Below are positions 27,208 through 40,109 of a DNA stretch of 64,000 bases, piece by piece. This DNA comes from Antedon mediterranea (Eukaryota > Animalia > Echinodermata), in contig NC_092670.1 in assembly GCF_964355755.1 (NCBI RefSeq), positions 17,532,795-17,596,794 on the forward strand, written 5' to 3'. The notes beneath the pieces are model-generated. The model was given only the letters and a program-made list of their open reading frames with translations. It searched no databases and was not told where the DNA came from. Position numbers and translations under genes: made by a program. Every line of letters starts with the position of its first letter. The first letter of the stretch is position 1.

Positions 27208-29216
27208 GGAAGGATGAAGAAGAGGTCAAATGAGGTCATTAAGATGGCTACAGTAACATTAAAATATATGGAATATTGCAGTGCACTATTTCATTGTATT
27301 TTTGTTAAAGTATAACCTTGATTTAACAATAGACAACAGAGGTTTAACAGGGCTGACTATATTTTATTTTGCAATCAAGTTTAATTGGATTTGATACTCA
27401 GTGAACTGGAAAAAAAACCAATTTGGTCTTATGGAGTTTGGAAACTAAATATTTAACAAAGAATTGTGTTTTTCTTTAGAAATTGAAACAAATTACAGTA
27501 GAAATCAAAGAAATGATAACTCTATTTGCAAATTATTGTGACATCGTTTATACAGTTTCGTGACAACATCATCTAGTACTGTACTATAATGCCAACTCAA
27601 TTCAGCGAATTTGGTCCGAATTGATTGGCTTTTCCTAGAAAAGATGAACTGCTATTTGTAAGCTGCAGAAAATGGTCGATTTACCACCTTTTAATAGTTG
27701 AAATAAAATAGAAACATTTTTGACAGATTATTATGTTAAATGTATTGTTAGCGTTCACTGTTTAAACAATCCTGGATCTGCCTCTGATATGCTTGAACGA
27801 ATAACACTTCATTTAATTTTGGCCAGTTTACGACACCCAACTTTATTTCTTTTATACCACCATACATAAAACAAAGAACAAAAAAATGCAAACATTAGTA
27901 TGGTGGTCTTAGGGATAGCGCCTCTAAATCTAAATTATATATTAATATTAATTAAATTAAAGTAAATTAATAATTATATATTTAAAGCATCTTTGCCTTG
28001 TCTGTTTTTATCCTCTAGCTACGGACTTGATCGCAGCATTTTCATGACCATTTCACCACCTGACCGCATCATACTGTATTGTTGGTAATGATGATGCTTT
28101 CGTAAAACTTAAACCCACTGAGTACAAACTTAGCAGTTCTCTATAAATCAAACTTGTTCAATTAAATATATTATTTGGAACTGTGCAGTAGTCCAATGGA
28201 GATGTGGGGAGTAGTTGTTAATGGCATAAATATTTACCACATTATTTAGCTTCTGCTGAAAACCCCGTTCATTATTTAATATACTATCTCAACAGCATGT
28301 TTATCAAACTGATTGATTGATTCTATCTAAGGCAGTGTAGAAAACTTAAGTGATAAAAATATGCAAATATCTTCTTCCCTCTGGCATTACAATACTTAAT
28401 ACAGCAAATGAAAATGGCATGAAAAACAAACATGCCATTTTGGGATGAAAGAGAAAACGTGCCTGAAAAAAGTGGCATAAGAGCTCTCTCTGTATTTAAA
28501 AAATTCTAATATCAGTTAGAATCAGAACTAAAATGAAAGGGGATACAGAAGTTGGTTAGGAGTATTTTTCCTTTTGCAATTTTAGTCAGGAAGATTGATT
28601 ATAATTATTGCAGTATAATTAATCTTCAAACTTTCAGAAATAAAAATAAATAAAATCTGATGTTTGTGAATTAATCGCCGGATCACATTACAATTTACAT
28701 CTAAAATTGTCATTCGTCAATCTCTTTATCAAACATGATATTTTTGTCTAATACATTATAACAAAATCTATTTATATCATGTGTACTGTTAGCAAGATCA
28801 GAGCTAATTACAGGAATATGTAAATGATGATATATCCCTTGGGGGGATTACACTTATAAGGTTAATCAACAAGATCTGTAGAGTTGCCTCAACGAGCTTT
28901 GCAGATAGGCTCAAGTTAATGAAATCTTTCAAATCCAAGTAAATGTCAAGTTATGCATGAGAAAGATTGTGCATGCAGAAATAGATGAATAATAGAGGAT
29001 AATGGATACGAGTGCTACAACAAAGTTACAGCTCTGATCTATTTAACAATTACAGATTTATAAAAATACAGGGAAAGGCTGTGACATTATTAGGACAGAT
29101 GTTGAGATATCATCTGAATACACCCACTTACAAGTTAAAATCCATTTACTCTTCGATTTTGGCAATGTTCCACAACATTTCGACATAAACCCACTCATTT
29201 TAAATGAGATTCTTTA

Positions 29217-29322
29217 TTTTTAGTTGCGTAGTCGCACAACGCTATAGCTCACTATGTCGGTCCTTAGTCAGTAAACACAACTCAAATTTGCGCACGCGAC
29301 AGCAGCCATGTATGGCATTGTT
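29217..29322 (+). mobile_element. Helentron-derived (HINE/DINE-1-like) short element
   Basis: T-run start, gttgcgt...acgcgac subterminal inverted pair, cactatgtcggtc core, 3' hairpin gcca-tgta-tggc, ending ttgtt. Confidence 0.55.
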
Positions 29323-29697
29323 AAATTTTACTATAGTTACCGTAGTACAGTTAGCTACATATTCTATGCTACAGTATTTATGATAAAACAAGCTAAGTAA
29401 TTACAATTTAATTACTGCAGTATTACTGGTGTAGAGTAATCCTTAACTAAGCATGGTGTGTGTACATAATTTAAAGATTCCATGGATAAATTAATGTTTT
29501 AGTAATTAAAGGTACCATGTCAAGATTATTCTAATGCCACTACTGAATAGTAACTTTTGTTTTTAAACGTCTTGCAGAAATGAAAAATCGTTGTTGTCAA
29601 AAAAAACAAAAATCGTTGTTGCCAGCCGAGTGTAAAAAAAAACAAGAATTCTCAGGGGATTAATGGACACCACGTTAATTTAAAATCTCATTTTAAA

Positions 29698-29970
29698 GCC
29701 AATACGGCCATACAGCATTGAAACACCGGTTCTTGTCAGATCACCATCCCTTCGGATGGGACGTAAAGCTTATGGTCTTGTGTACATATTGCATGTTAAA
29801 GAACTTGTACACTATTCGCAAAGAGTAGGAGATCGACCCTGGGCCTGGTGTGCTGATCTGGTAGGTGCTGCACTTCAGGCTGTCGTGGGTCCGTGGAGGG
29901 CCTAATCAGAATTTCCTTAGTTTCCAGTTAAGCTTTAGGACAAATATAAATACCTTTAAATACCTTTTTT
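29698..29970 (+). mobile_element. 5S rRNA-headed SINE with Deu/Nin-like central domain
   Basis: 29698-29745 gccaatacggccatacagcattgaaacaccggttcttgtcagatcacc resembles the 5' part of 5S rRNA. It is followed by cccttcggatgggacgtaaagc...gcatgttaaagaac...cactattcgcaaagagtagg (Deu/Nin-domain-like) and a repeated aaataccttt tail. Confidence 0.72.
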
Positions 29971-30147
29971 ACAGTAAATATTTTTTATTCATGATAATTT
30001 TTATATTAATTAAAATGATGTCTGGAAATCCTCTGAAAACGTTGTTATTTATTTTGTTTCTGTAGCACGAAAACCGTGTATAATATATTATATACTGTAG
30101 GCCTAGGCCCTACCGTATTATATACTGTAGGCCTACTGTAGGCCCTA

Positions 30148-31097
30148 CCATATATTCCGGAGTATAGGTCAAGACTTTGTGGGAAAATTTTAATTGCAAA
30201 ATCGGGGGGTCGACTTATACTCCGACCATGCGATTTCTAACAAAAATCAGGCCGAAAAAATTTTTTCAAAAGCCGTCAGCTGTCAAGGCCTAGCTAGCAA
30301 GGTCAGTAGCCTATCATCAATCACTCACAGAAGTTTTCAATTTAATACCTACATTGTACAAAATAATACAACTCCAACAAGTACTGGTCAATAAAATATT
30401 AATATATCACAGACTCATTTTGATGTTTATATTACGCTTTTAAGATAATTAAAAATAAATAGTTTTCGTTTGTGTTTTATACTGTATGCTTCGTATTCAT
30501 TCGCGAAAACATCGTAACACACACCACAAACGAACTAAACGACGTTGGAATGTCCATGCAGCATGTTTGTTATTGCGCAATATTTTCATCTATACACATG
30601 CGCAGTATGTTTGTTTGTTTGTAATTACAATTACTGCGCATGTCTATTCATAAAATAAATTCTCCTTAGTCGGGCGCGTGTACATTTACAGATAACGCGA
30701 TTTACAACTAATCGCCTGTACAATTTAATAAGCCTCCTAACGGAAAACTTGTTTTAATTTATTCGAGTGACGCAAAAAAACATCGCTGATGGCAAGTACT
30801 GTAACGCTACATCGCTGTCATTTATTATAGGCTGGCGAAGACTGCAGCGAAGTCGTTGTGGTTTACATATAATAATAGATTGTCTTTTAAATATTATTGA
30901 TTACATCTTAATAATATAAACAAACAACCACATTTCATACATTTCTAGCCCTCTTTGAACTTCAAAGTAAGTTGTGTTATTAGCTGATTTTGGGGGTCGA
31001 CTTATATTCAGGTAATACCAAAATCAACGATATTCTAGGGCAAAAGTTGGGGGTCGACTTATACTTGGGGTCGACCTATATACTCCGGAAAATACGG
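30148..31097. mobile_element. Non-autonomous pogo/Tigger-like element
   Basis: TA|CCATATATTCCGGAGTATAGGTC ... GACCTATATACTCCGGAAAATACGG|TA, with repeated GGGGGTCGACTTATA subterminal motifs. Confidence 0.82.
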
Positions 31098-31253
31098 TAT
31101 ATAGTTTGCACTGATTTTATTTTTTAATGCTTTGATTTTAATTTTATAAATAGATAGGCTTCAAGGCTTGGCCTTTTGGCCTACTAGGCTAACTACTATC
31201 TAGATAATGTGCCTACTCTTTAGGCTATGCTTAACTAGGGCCTACTGTAAAAG

Positions 31254-34200
31254 GGTGTACATCGTGTTCGGCCGCAAACGGTTTCGGCCGCAATGTTTTG
31301 AATGCCCATATAAGGCGCTATGTATGGAGCGCCAACTATGCATCAACTTCAGTTTGTTCTACTGGTCTTTTCATTGGGTTATTCCATTCAAAAAATGTGG
31401 GTGCATTCTATTCTAACGTGATCGATCGAAATTGACCGACATAAAATGTACGGCGTATTATATAAGTATTATTTAGAATGCTGTGGTGTGGATATATATA
31501 CGTTTATTATTATTATTATAATAATAATTTTAAACGGGCAATAAACTTGTACTTGTGTCTTGTACATTTACTCTTGCAGGCCTAATGTGTTCTAATAAAA
31601 ACAGAAATGACCATTAAATCAGTTAATAATACATTAAATATTTTAAAACTCTGGTTATATAGGCCTAATTGTATGTCTAATAATATTGTATATTATCAAC
31701 AATACTTAAATAAGCCTATGCCTTCGTAAGAAAATAGGAGGAACAAAATAACATTACAGTATTTCGAAATTCCTTTTTTATAGCGATTTTTGGAAAAATT
31801 AATATTTAGTAAGGCTTGAATTATTTCAGGATTATACAGTTCCACATTAAAACCTACCAACATTGGATTGCGAAAACTCTGAAAAGGCTACTACTGCTAT
31901 TGTTTTAAAACAATGAGGGAGTGTCTTGAATTCCATCTTAGACAATGAAGGTGGTGTAGCATGGTTGTTTTTTATTAACATAACAATGAAATGTGTTACG
32001 TTTCGTGTCTTCAATTTGTTGAAGTGTTATTAACAGCAAAGTTAAATATAAAAATAATGGTGAATTATTTTATGTTTTTAATAATTGGAGGGAAGCTAGC
32101 TTGCTTGTTGTATGTGATTAATGGAGATGTTGATATTAATGTTACATTTTATTATGTTATTTATCCAATATTTACTATTTTTATAAATTGTCACGATTGT
32201 TGTAATTCAGTTTGTTAACTGCAAGAACAATTTAAATAAATAAACCTTGCTTATTATTGTTGTTGCGTCCGTTTTCACTTACATTTCTTTTCTTACGTTA
32301 TGTTAATATAATATGTTCATTATTGGTTTTATATTTATTTTACTCTGTACAGTATTTGTAAAAATAAATGTTAATAAGTTGTGGTATACATTACTGATTC
32401 TGATTTTCAAATGTACAAATTATATGTGGCAAACTTCACCGACATTGATATACAGTACAACAACGATAAATGAAGAAAAACATAATTAAAAGTTAATATT
32501 TATTTGTAAAGTACACACACTCTTCTTCATTATAACTTATAGAAGTGCATATCCTTAAATTAATCTAATGACAGTACTGTATATAACTTGCATTCCCTTC
32601 AGTCTTAAATATAATCGTTGGGGCACATTTTCCGACCGGTACAAAAATGAAAACATTTCATTTTCTTATGTCATTATTTATAATTCAATCTTTATATAAG
32701 AAAAAAGAAAGCATGATTTTATGTTCAATATCACAAAATACACATTAAATCTCATTTGATTTATAAATAACATTTTGTTGTACTTAGTTAATAATAAAAC
32801 GTCAGATATTTAAGGTAAGGTAAGTGATCTAAGTATAACATCGAAACTTTGCTGTATAATGTCTAATTTCATAACGTGATTCACTAGTTATTACAAAAGT
32901 TAGTAAAAAGACTTAAAAAAAACCAGTTGTTTGTTTGATTTCATCGTAGTGTTACATGAAAAAGGAAATTTTGTAAATATATAATTTTGTGTGTTTTCGC
33001 TTCCATCGTTATTCATTTTGGTTTGATTTATTACAGTTAGGCCTCTAAAGTTAAAGTTTAAAAGTATAGTCACCTACAAAAAGCGCATGATGACACAAGC
33101 GCAGTCGGTTACTTGCAAGAAGTTTGGCTAAACAATGACCATTATTTATTAATAACGCTTTTAAGTTAGGCGTTTACCGTCACACAATACACACACACAA
33201 AATTCGGTACATTTAAGGATTCTTTTTTTGTAATCGGTAAAACAATAACCGGAGCATGGAGGTCCGGAGTGCGCGCATCTTTATAAGAGAACCTCATTTT
33301 AGGGAATATTACTTATTTCTGAATTGCCATCTGAATTGTTAACTACACTTTTACCGATTATCTACGAACCATGAACGATTGTATTTGAATGTCGCGAACC
33401 CGTAACGGAACAGCAAGAAGGACCGTTTTGCGAAGAGTGTCAGAGATGGCAACATCGTCGGTGTGACTCAGGAGTGAAAAGAGGAGCAGCGTACAGGTTA
33501 GCCGTCGAAGAGGGTTTTATTGATTGGACATGTAGAGACTGTGCTCCAGAAAACAACGTCCAACCGGTGCCGCAACTAGAGATTTTTGCAGCCGACCTTG
33601 GCGACTTTTTGGAACCAATCGTTCATAGAAGAAGAGGTACTGAATCTTTACCCTGAACCACAACCAATACCAGTGATGCCTGCTGTTGATGATGACATCG
33701 TTACTTATCGGCGATTAGCAGGAACAACAGAACGTGGGAATGTAAGTTCTTAAAATAGTTATAATCTATTGTTTGTAAATTTTTTTTTTATTATCGCATT
33801 TTCTTGTGAAAACCAACTTAACCTTCTGTTGTTTCAGGACTCGCTTGTAGACAGTCATGGGTACCAATATACAGAGAAGATTGATAAAAGACGGGCAAAT
33901 ACAACATGGAGATGTTTTCTCAGAAACAAGAATGTGACGTGCAAATCAACAGTGTTGGAGAAGAATGGAGTTGAAACATTGTGGGACGAGTACCGCGAGG
34001 GCCAACGTAGTGTACGTTCTCAAATGCTTGCGTTGAATAGTGCTAATGTTATGTATGTTAGTTAAATTAGTTAACAAATTAGTAAAAAATCGTATGTTAG
34101 TAATAAACATTAAATATAATTTTTAACTATTTGCAAAATACGTTAGTTAAGAACTTTTGTAAAATAACATGTTATTGCTAGAAATAAAGTCAATTTTAAT

Positions 34201-34799
34201 GTATGTAAAGAAGTAAGATATTAGTAAAAATCGTATGTTAGTAATAAACATTAAAAAAGATATTGTTTCATTGTTACATTTTAAACTATTTGCAAACTAT
34301 ATTACTTATTAGTTAAGTAGTTTTGTAATATAACATGTTATTACTAGTAATAAAGTCAATTTTAATGCATGCTAGTGGTTAGGCCTATATATGAAAAAAA
34401 CAATTATAAATATAAATGTTATACATTATATGTTTATTTATAAAATATGGTAGTTAAGTTAATTCGTTCGTAAATTCTCAAACTTATAACATGTCTAAAT
34501 AAAAATACAGGAATTGATAATAAATGTGTTAAGATTGTATATAAATAATAAAATAATTTTCATTTTTCTCTATCTGTGATGAATCTAACTGTATCTGAAA
34601 AGAAATCGTAATATTATATACAATAATACAAATGTAGAGAAAAATCGGTAAAGCAATGCACCCCTATTTTTTTAATGGAATAAGCCACGGAGATCGCTAA
34701 TCTAAACAATGCATTTAATATAAACAATGCAAGCAAGCCTGGCGTTCCATACTAAATACATGCGGCCGAACTCGTTGGCGGCCGAACACGACGGTATTC
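31254..34799 (+). mobile_element. Non-autonomous Mutator-like element (MULE)
   Basis: 9-bp TSD CTGTAAAAG at 31245-31253 and 34800-34808. G...C termini with imperfect TIRs (tcgtgttcggccgcaaacggtttcggccgca / tgcggccgaactcgttggcggccgaacacga). Internal PHD and FLYWCH coding remnants. Confidence 0.88.
33371..34065 (+). pseudogene. Decayed MULE transposase: PHD finger + FLYWCH zinc finger, catalytic core missing
   Basis: ATG at 33371 then MNDCI/ECREPVTEQQEGPFCEECQRWQHRRCDSG...WTCRDC (PHD, with frameshift). GTTERGN|intron 33742-33837 (GTAAGT...TTTCAG)|DSLVDSHGYQYTEKIDKRRANTTWRCFLRNKNVTCKSTV (FLYWCH), then straight to LWDEYREG and a stop. Confidence 0.8.
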
Positions 34800-35141
34800 C
34801 TGTAAAAGTGAACGCGTGAAATGTTGGCGCCCTGCCCACTCACTGTCTGTATCGGTCGTACGTACACATTTATCAGCCAGTGTGGAGAGCTACGGTAGTA
34901 TCGCTGCAGTGTGCTAGGGAGGCTTACCGTCCTGTTTTGAACCGAGATGTGGCGGTGGTGGAAGGAAGAGTAAAAAAATAATATAACAAATGACAATCGA
35001 GATGTTTTTACTTATCGTAGTAATAAACGTCCACAAATACCTCTAAACGCATACACATACAATCACAATACTGACTGCCGTATTCCAACTGACAGTTGGT
35101 AAACACACAAATTATAATTTGTAAACAATCACATCACTTAC

Positions 35142-35260
35142 CTACCATTTCATCGAAGCCATTTTGCCAGGATCATCAACCAGAAAAACGAGCAAACTGG
35201 TGGTGCCCTGCGTTCTTGTGCTCCAATAATTATACTGATAACCAGATAGTGTGCAGATCG
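35142..35260 (-). other. Candidate distal first exon (5' UTR with short ORF MASMKW*)
   Basis: gcaaaATGGCTTCGATGAAATGGTAG|GTAAGT donor. CRE/ATF-like TGACGTAA at 35266-35273. A second donor, ACG|GTAAGC, lies at 34927. The 5' boundary is approximate. Confidence 0.38.
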
Positions 35261-38200
35261 GGTGATGACGTAAGATGCGTTACACAATCCACAAACTCAA
35301 TTGAGTTCATTACATTTAATAACACATTAACATCAAATACAGTAATTGCAATTTCATAATTTATTCACATCAAAACCTGACTTTGAGTCTTGAAATTGTT
35401 ATTGGTGAATTCAATTTCACCGACCTTTCCACTGTAGTGAACCATGATAAAATCTTGAATGCGTTTCCGAAATCGCGATTTTAGCAGGAATTTGCATCTG
35501 CAAACGAATCTGAAACGCGTGAACGCCTACGTCACAATTGTAACTCTAGAACGCAGTTTTTATCATGTGATAAATCTAACCAATACGTTCTAATCTATTT
35601 TTAGATTCACCCTCCTCATGATGTGAAAAGGCCATAGCTTTTGTACTGTATATTGTAATTGTAGTACTGCATTCTTAGTCTGATTATGGAGCAACAAAAA
35701 TAATAATAATTGCCTGATGAATGAATGTATATCTATTTACATGAAACGTTACAAAATGAACTACTTTTTTACTGATCTTCTAATTAATAAGCAAGTCCCT
35801 GAGTGTGCTAACAACGAAAGTTTTCTTTTTTAATTGAAACAAATCTCACCTGAAATCAACCTTCTCTAGCTTTCAATACAGCTGCCTCATATATCACGGT
35901 ATATTCTGTTACCACCTCGAACGCATATGTTTATTAGCAAACAAAATATGATATATTTTCTTTGTGATATTATAATTTATTTAATTATTTAATAATAATA
36001 ATTTATTGATATTAAATTATTATGTTATATTATACACTACGTACTATTTATTTTATTAAAAAAACAAGAGGGCGCTATCTACATATTTCTTAATAAAGCT
36101 ACGTTGACGGACGGATTCGGTCACTGGCCGGTAACATTTTCTCCCGTGATGTGTTACGTTTTTTCGATTATTTACACACTACGTTATATTCTACACTACA
36201 CCATTTTTATCTCTTATTTTCGGGCTGAGTGTGAACGTGGCTTTATCCTATTAAATTGACATGTTTATCGAAAAAAAAAAAATATTATATTCTGTTTTTA
36301 GTTCTTATATATATTAATAGTACCCTTTCTAGTTCGGTACCATTTTATTTTTACTCTGATTAGGAAATGACTATAAGACCCGACAATATTGTTTTTTTTT
36401 TATCACCAATCATTAATAATTCATTAGAATAATTATAACATAATTCAGAGAGATTATTTAGAGGGTTAGGTTTAGTATATTTAGGAAGTAGATCAGCTAT
36501 GTTGCAATTCTTTATAATAGAAAATAATTATGGTAATGCATTATTCATGATTTCTGCCTTAACCTCGTAGGAAAAAAATAATGCGATTGGCACAAAAAAA
36601 ACACAATTTAACGCGAGCGAATTCCAAATGTATATATATTTAAAATTGTGTCGTGTTCAGTTCAGTTCTTAATAGTTCGTTTGGGCCGTATATAGACATT
36701 CCTATCGAAACCCCTTGTTTTTGGCTTCCAAACCACCTCTCAACATTGAATGATGAATTTGTATAAAATGCAAATCGTTTACCCGAGTTAAACTGCTTTT
36801 GCTGAGTAGTCGAAGATATATATTAGAGGGTTAGAATTTGTTTGTTTTATATTTTAGTACGTTAGCACTTTTTTAATTAGAAAATAATATCGCAGAGTAG
36901 GCCTATGCATTTTTCTGTTTTTGAACATGACAAATACCTTTTGTAAGATAATTAATTCATTCATGCTGTAATATATTTAAAGCTGCGGTATCAAATGGTC
37001 TCCTGTGTGAAAGAAAACTTCTTAATTTGACTAAATGGAAGGATCTTATTTTACTTTGTTTAGGTATCATTGGTAAGCCAGTATTTAATTGTTTTTAAAT
37101 TATTGTGGTTTTTTTTCCGTATAAAACATATATTTTAATGCATTGTTTAAAATATGTATGTATTCTTGTGTGCTACAAATTTCAATAATTAGAATATAAT
37201 TTCTATAAATTAAGTATTAGACCTATAAATTGTAACACATTCATTCATTCTTATTAATGGTGCCAATTTCTCTTTGTAGTAACTCTTCCCGAATGAAAAA
37301 AAGAGGAAAAATAATAAAGGTGGGTTGTTAATAATAGGCATGCATTCACATGATGCAATATAAACTTATTATACTTTTTACTATCGACCCGACTGAATGT
37401 TTCTATTTTACGTATATTTTATTTTCAACATTGTTTTATCTTTTTGTACTGATACTATATCCTTCTTATAAAAATTTCAACCATCCTCCATCGCGCGTAC
37501 GTCATGACAATAGCAACAATTAAGTTGAGTGATAGCGCCACCTATGTCTCTTGCTTTACCAAAACTTTAAACTTGTTTTTAATATAGTTTGTTGTAGTGT
37601 TTTATTCAATTAAATACATTAATTCAATTTTTTAATGAATGCACGCTAACTGTGTCACCCATATACACGTTATTGAATTCTTCCTGCACCTGTGGTTGTT
37701 GGTTGTGAGCGTGGACTACTAAAATAGAGATTGCAAGTCCTTGGATGGCGAGTGGAAGACTACTAGACCTATTTTTACATCGGAGAAAGCGAACTTATAC
37801 AAAGACGTTAAGCTTCAATGAAATAGTTCTGAAACAATGCATACATGTGTGCCCTTGATACATAAAATTATAAGACAATAAAAACAATAATGATAATATA
37901 TACAGACTTAAACAGCAGACAATGTATAGGCTTGTTTTAGTCGCCTCATTGGCAAGGTAATGATAGCACCCGCTCTTTAAAAATGTTGTTTATTATATAA
38001 AAACAAAACAAGTAAACAATTGATAAATGCAGTGCAACAATGAAGGTTTTTATTAGTTAATAAACGAAGAAAGCGAACTTATACAGAGAGTTTTTTCTGC
38101 GCATCTAGTCTTGCCACGAGGATTTTACAAGAAGTTGTGAATGTCTCTATACACGATAAACAATGAATTAATTATTGATATTGGTATATTCAAACAAAAT

Positions 38201-40109
38201 GTTTAATAAAAAATTAATTTTCTTCACACTCAAGCTACCCACGAGCACAGAAGACCGGTATACCAACCACACCCTCTCTTATAGTGTAACTGTGTTGTAA
38301 CCATGGGCCTTCATAACTATTTTCAACCACTTATTAGACTATGTACAATGAAGCAGAGGTACGTGTAAATACAGAGGCGGCGAGGGTCGCGTCATTCACA
38401 AAATGATCACATGTGTACCCTTTTTTATATACTTTTTTTTCTTTTTGAGAGTCAAGACACTTTTCCGAATCTAACTCGCACGCGATAACCAGTCGCGTTG
38501 TGACGCGTGACGCGTTGGTAAAATTAGTTGCATTGTGTCCCACACGAAGATAATTAACAGACCTACCACCGTATAGGCCTATATTATAAACTCTTTTGGG
38601 TTTTAATTGAAATGGGAAATGGGGCTAAATGACAGTAATTAACTTGATTGAATTTGCCATCCACTGTCTTCTAATAAGATCAGATTTAGACCAACTCGGC
38701 TTCTGGGGGACCAGCCTCCGATATTCTGTTTCCTCGTTGCCGAAACCAAATTGGGGTTTTTTTTCTCCTTTTATTGTTCATAAAATGATGATGACGCTTT
38801 TCGTTTGTAAAATTAAAAACACAGGTCTATGGCTTTGGACTAGAGTAATCATTTGAACATTGATGTCGTAGGCCTACACATTTTGATTTCTAAACGTACA
38901 AACCAGTTTAGTTAATTTGCATTTTTAATTTAGCTCATACAATCGATGATTTGTTTTTTCTTTAAAAATCACATCTGCGTTTTGTCGGCTCTCTTAAAAT
39001 TATTTCAGAGAATGTTCAGAATTATTGAATTTAATTAACATTAATGATAACAAAGACATTTGAAACTGATTAGATCTCCGGCGTCAACTTTCACTCCATA
39101 GCCACTATTCATCTAAGTCGGTCGGTTATCAATTTTATGATTTTAAAATTCTTAGTAAATATTCGATTCTGTAATAACATAAATTTATCTAGAATAATAA
39201 CAACAGTATAATTATCCCCTTTGTCCGTAAACCAAAGTACTTTAAACCGCCAAAAGCATCATTACTCCTCACATACGAATGTATCGTCTGCTGCAACAAG
39301 TGTCACGTGAATGATGACATCACAGTTGGTTCAGGTGTCGATCTTCGGGGCATAAACAAGACAAACATCAGACAAGCGGACGTATACAATTATGATATTT
39401 AGTCTTTATGAATACAAATCAATAATTTAGTTAGTGTCTTTTGTAATATTAACACTAGGTATCATCAGTAAACGATTTAGAATCTGGGAATCAAGCCTAC
39501 ATCGGAAATACACAATCATTGTTCGAATTGATTTGATCATAGGTCGATACACGTGAGAGGGTAATCGATAAAAACTTAAGTACTCTGATTAATTACCTTA
39601 CACTTGGTTTAACCACTCGCTTGAAAGGTGTGCGCGAGTTGTTTGTCGTCGTCAGACGATCAGATACATAAAACGCAAATTATCTTATTTGGGACACCTG
39701 GGTTTGGTGTTTCTGTAGGACAAAACGAACGAATACAAGAGTACAACAGCTTCAGGTAAACCCGTATACCGGGGATTACAAACAGACGAGATGCTCTATA
39801 AAATCTTAGTTCTCGCAAAAAAAAACACCCAATTAATTTGACCAATCACAAACGACAGTTCGAATTATCCGTCGCTTTAGATTTAGATTGGTCAGATTAT
39901 TTGCGTTGCGTGCACGATGTGGTGAGAACCCAGCATTAATCAATGGTCTTCAAAGATCTATTCCTTTTCAGAAAAAGTTTCCGTCACACAATATACAATG
40001 TGTGTTTCTGTTTTTATTATTCATATTAGCAAACGTTTGTAGCGATAACGTATTTTTCGTTTCGTTTATTTATTGGACCTAGCAAAAATCAATTCAATAA
40101 ATAAAAAAA

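Noticed and set aside
29698-29745. Functional 5S rRNA gene
   Set aside because: Only ~48 nt of the 5' part is present, and it is fused to a SINE body.
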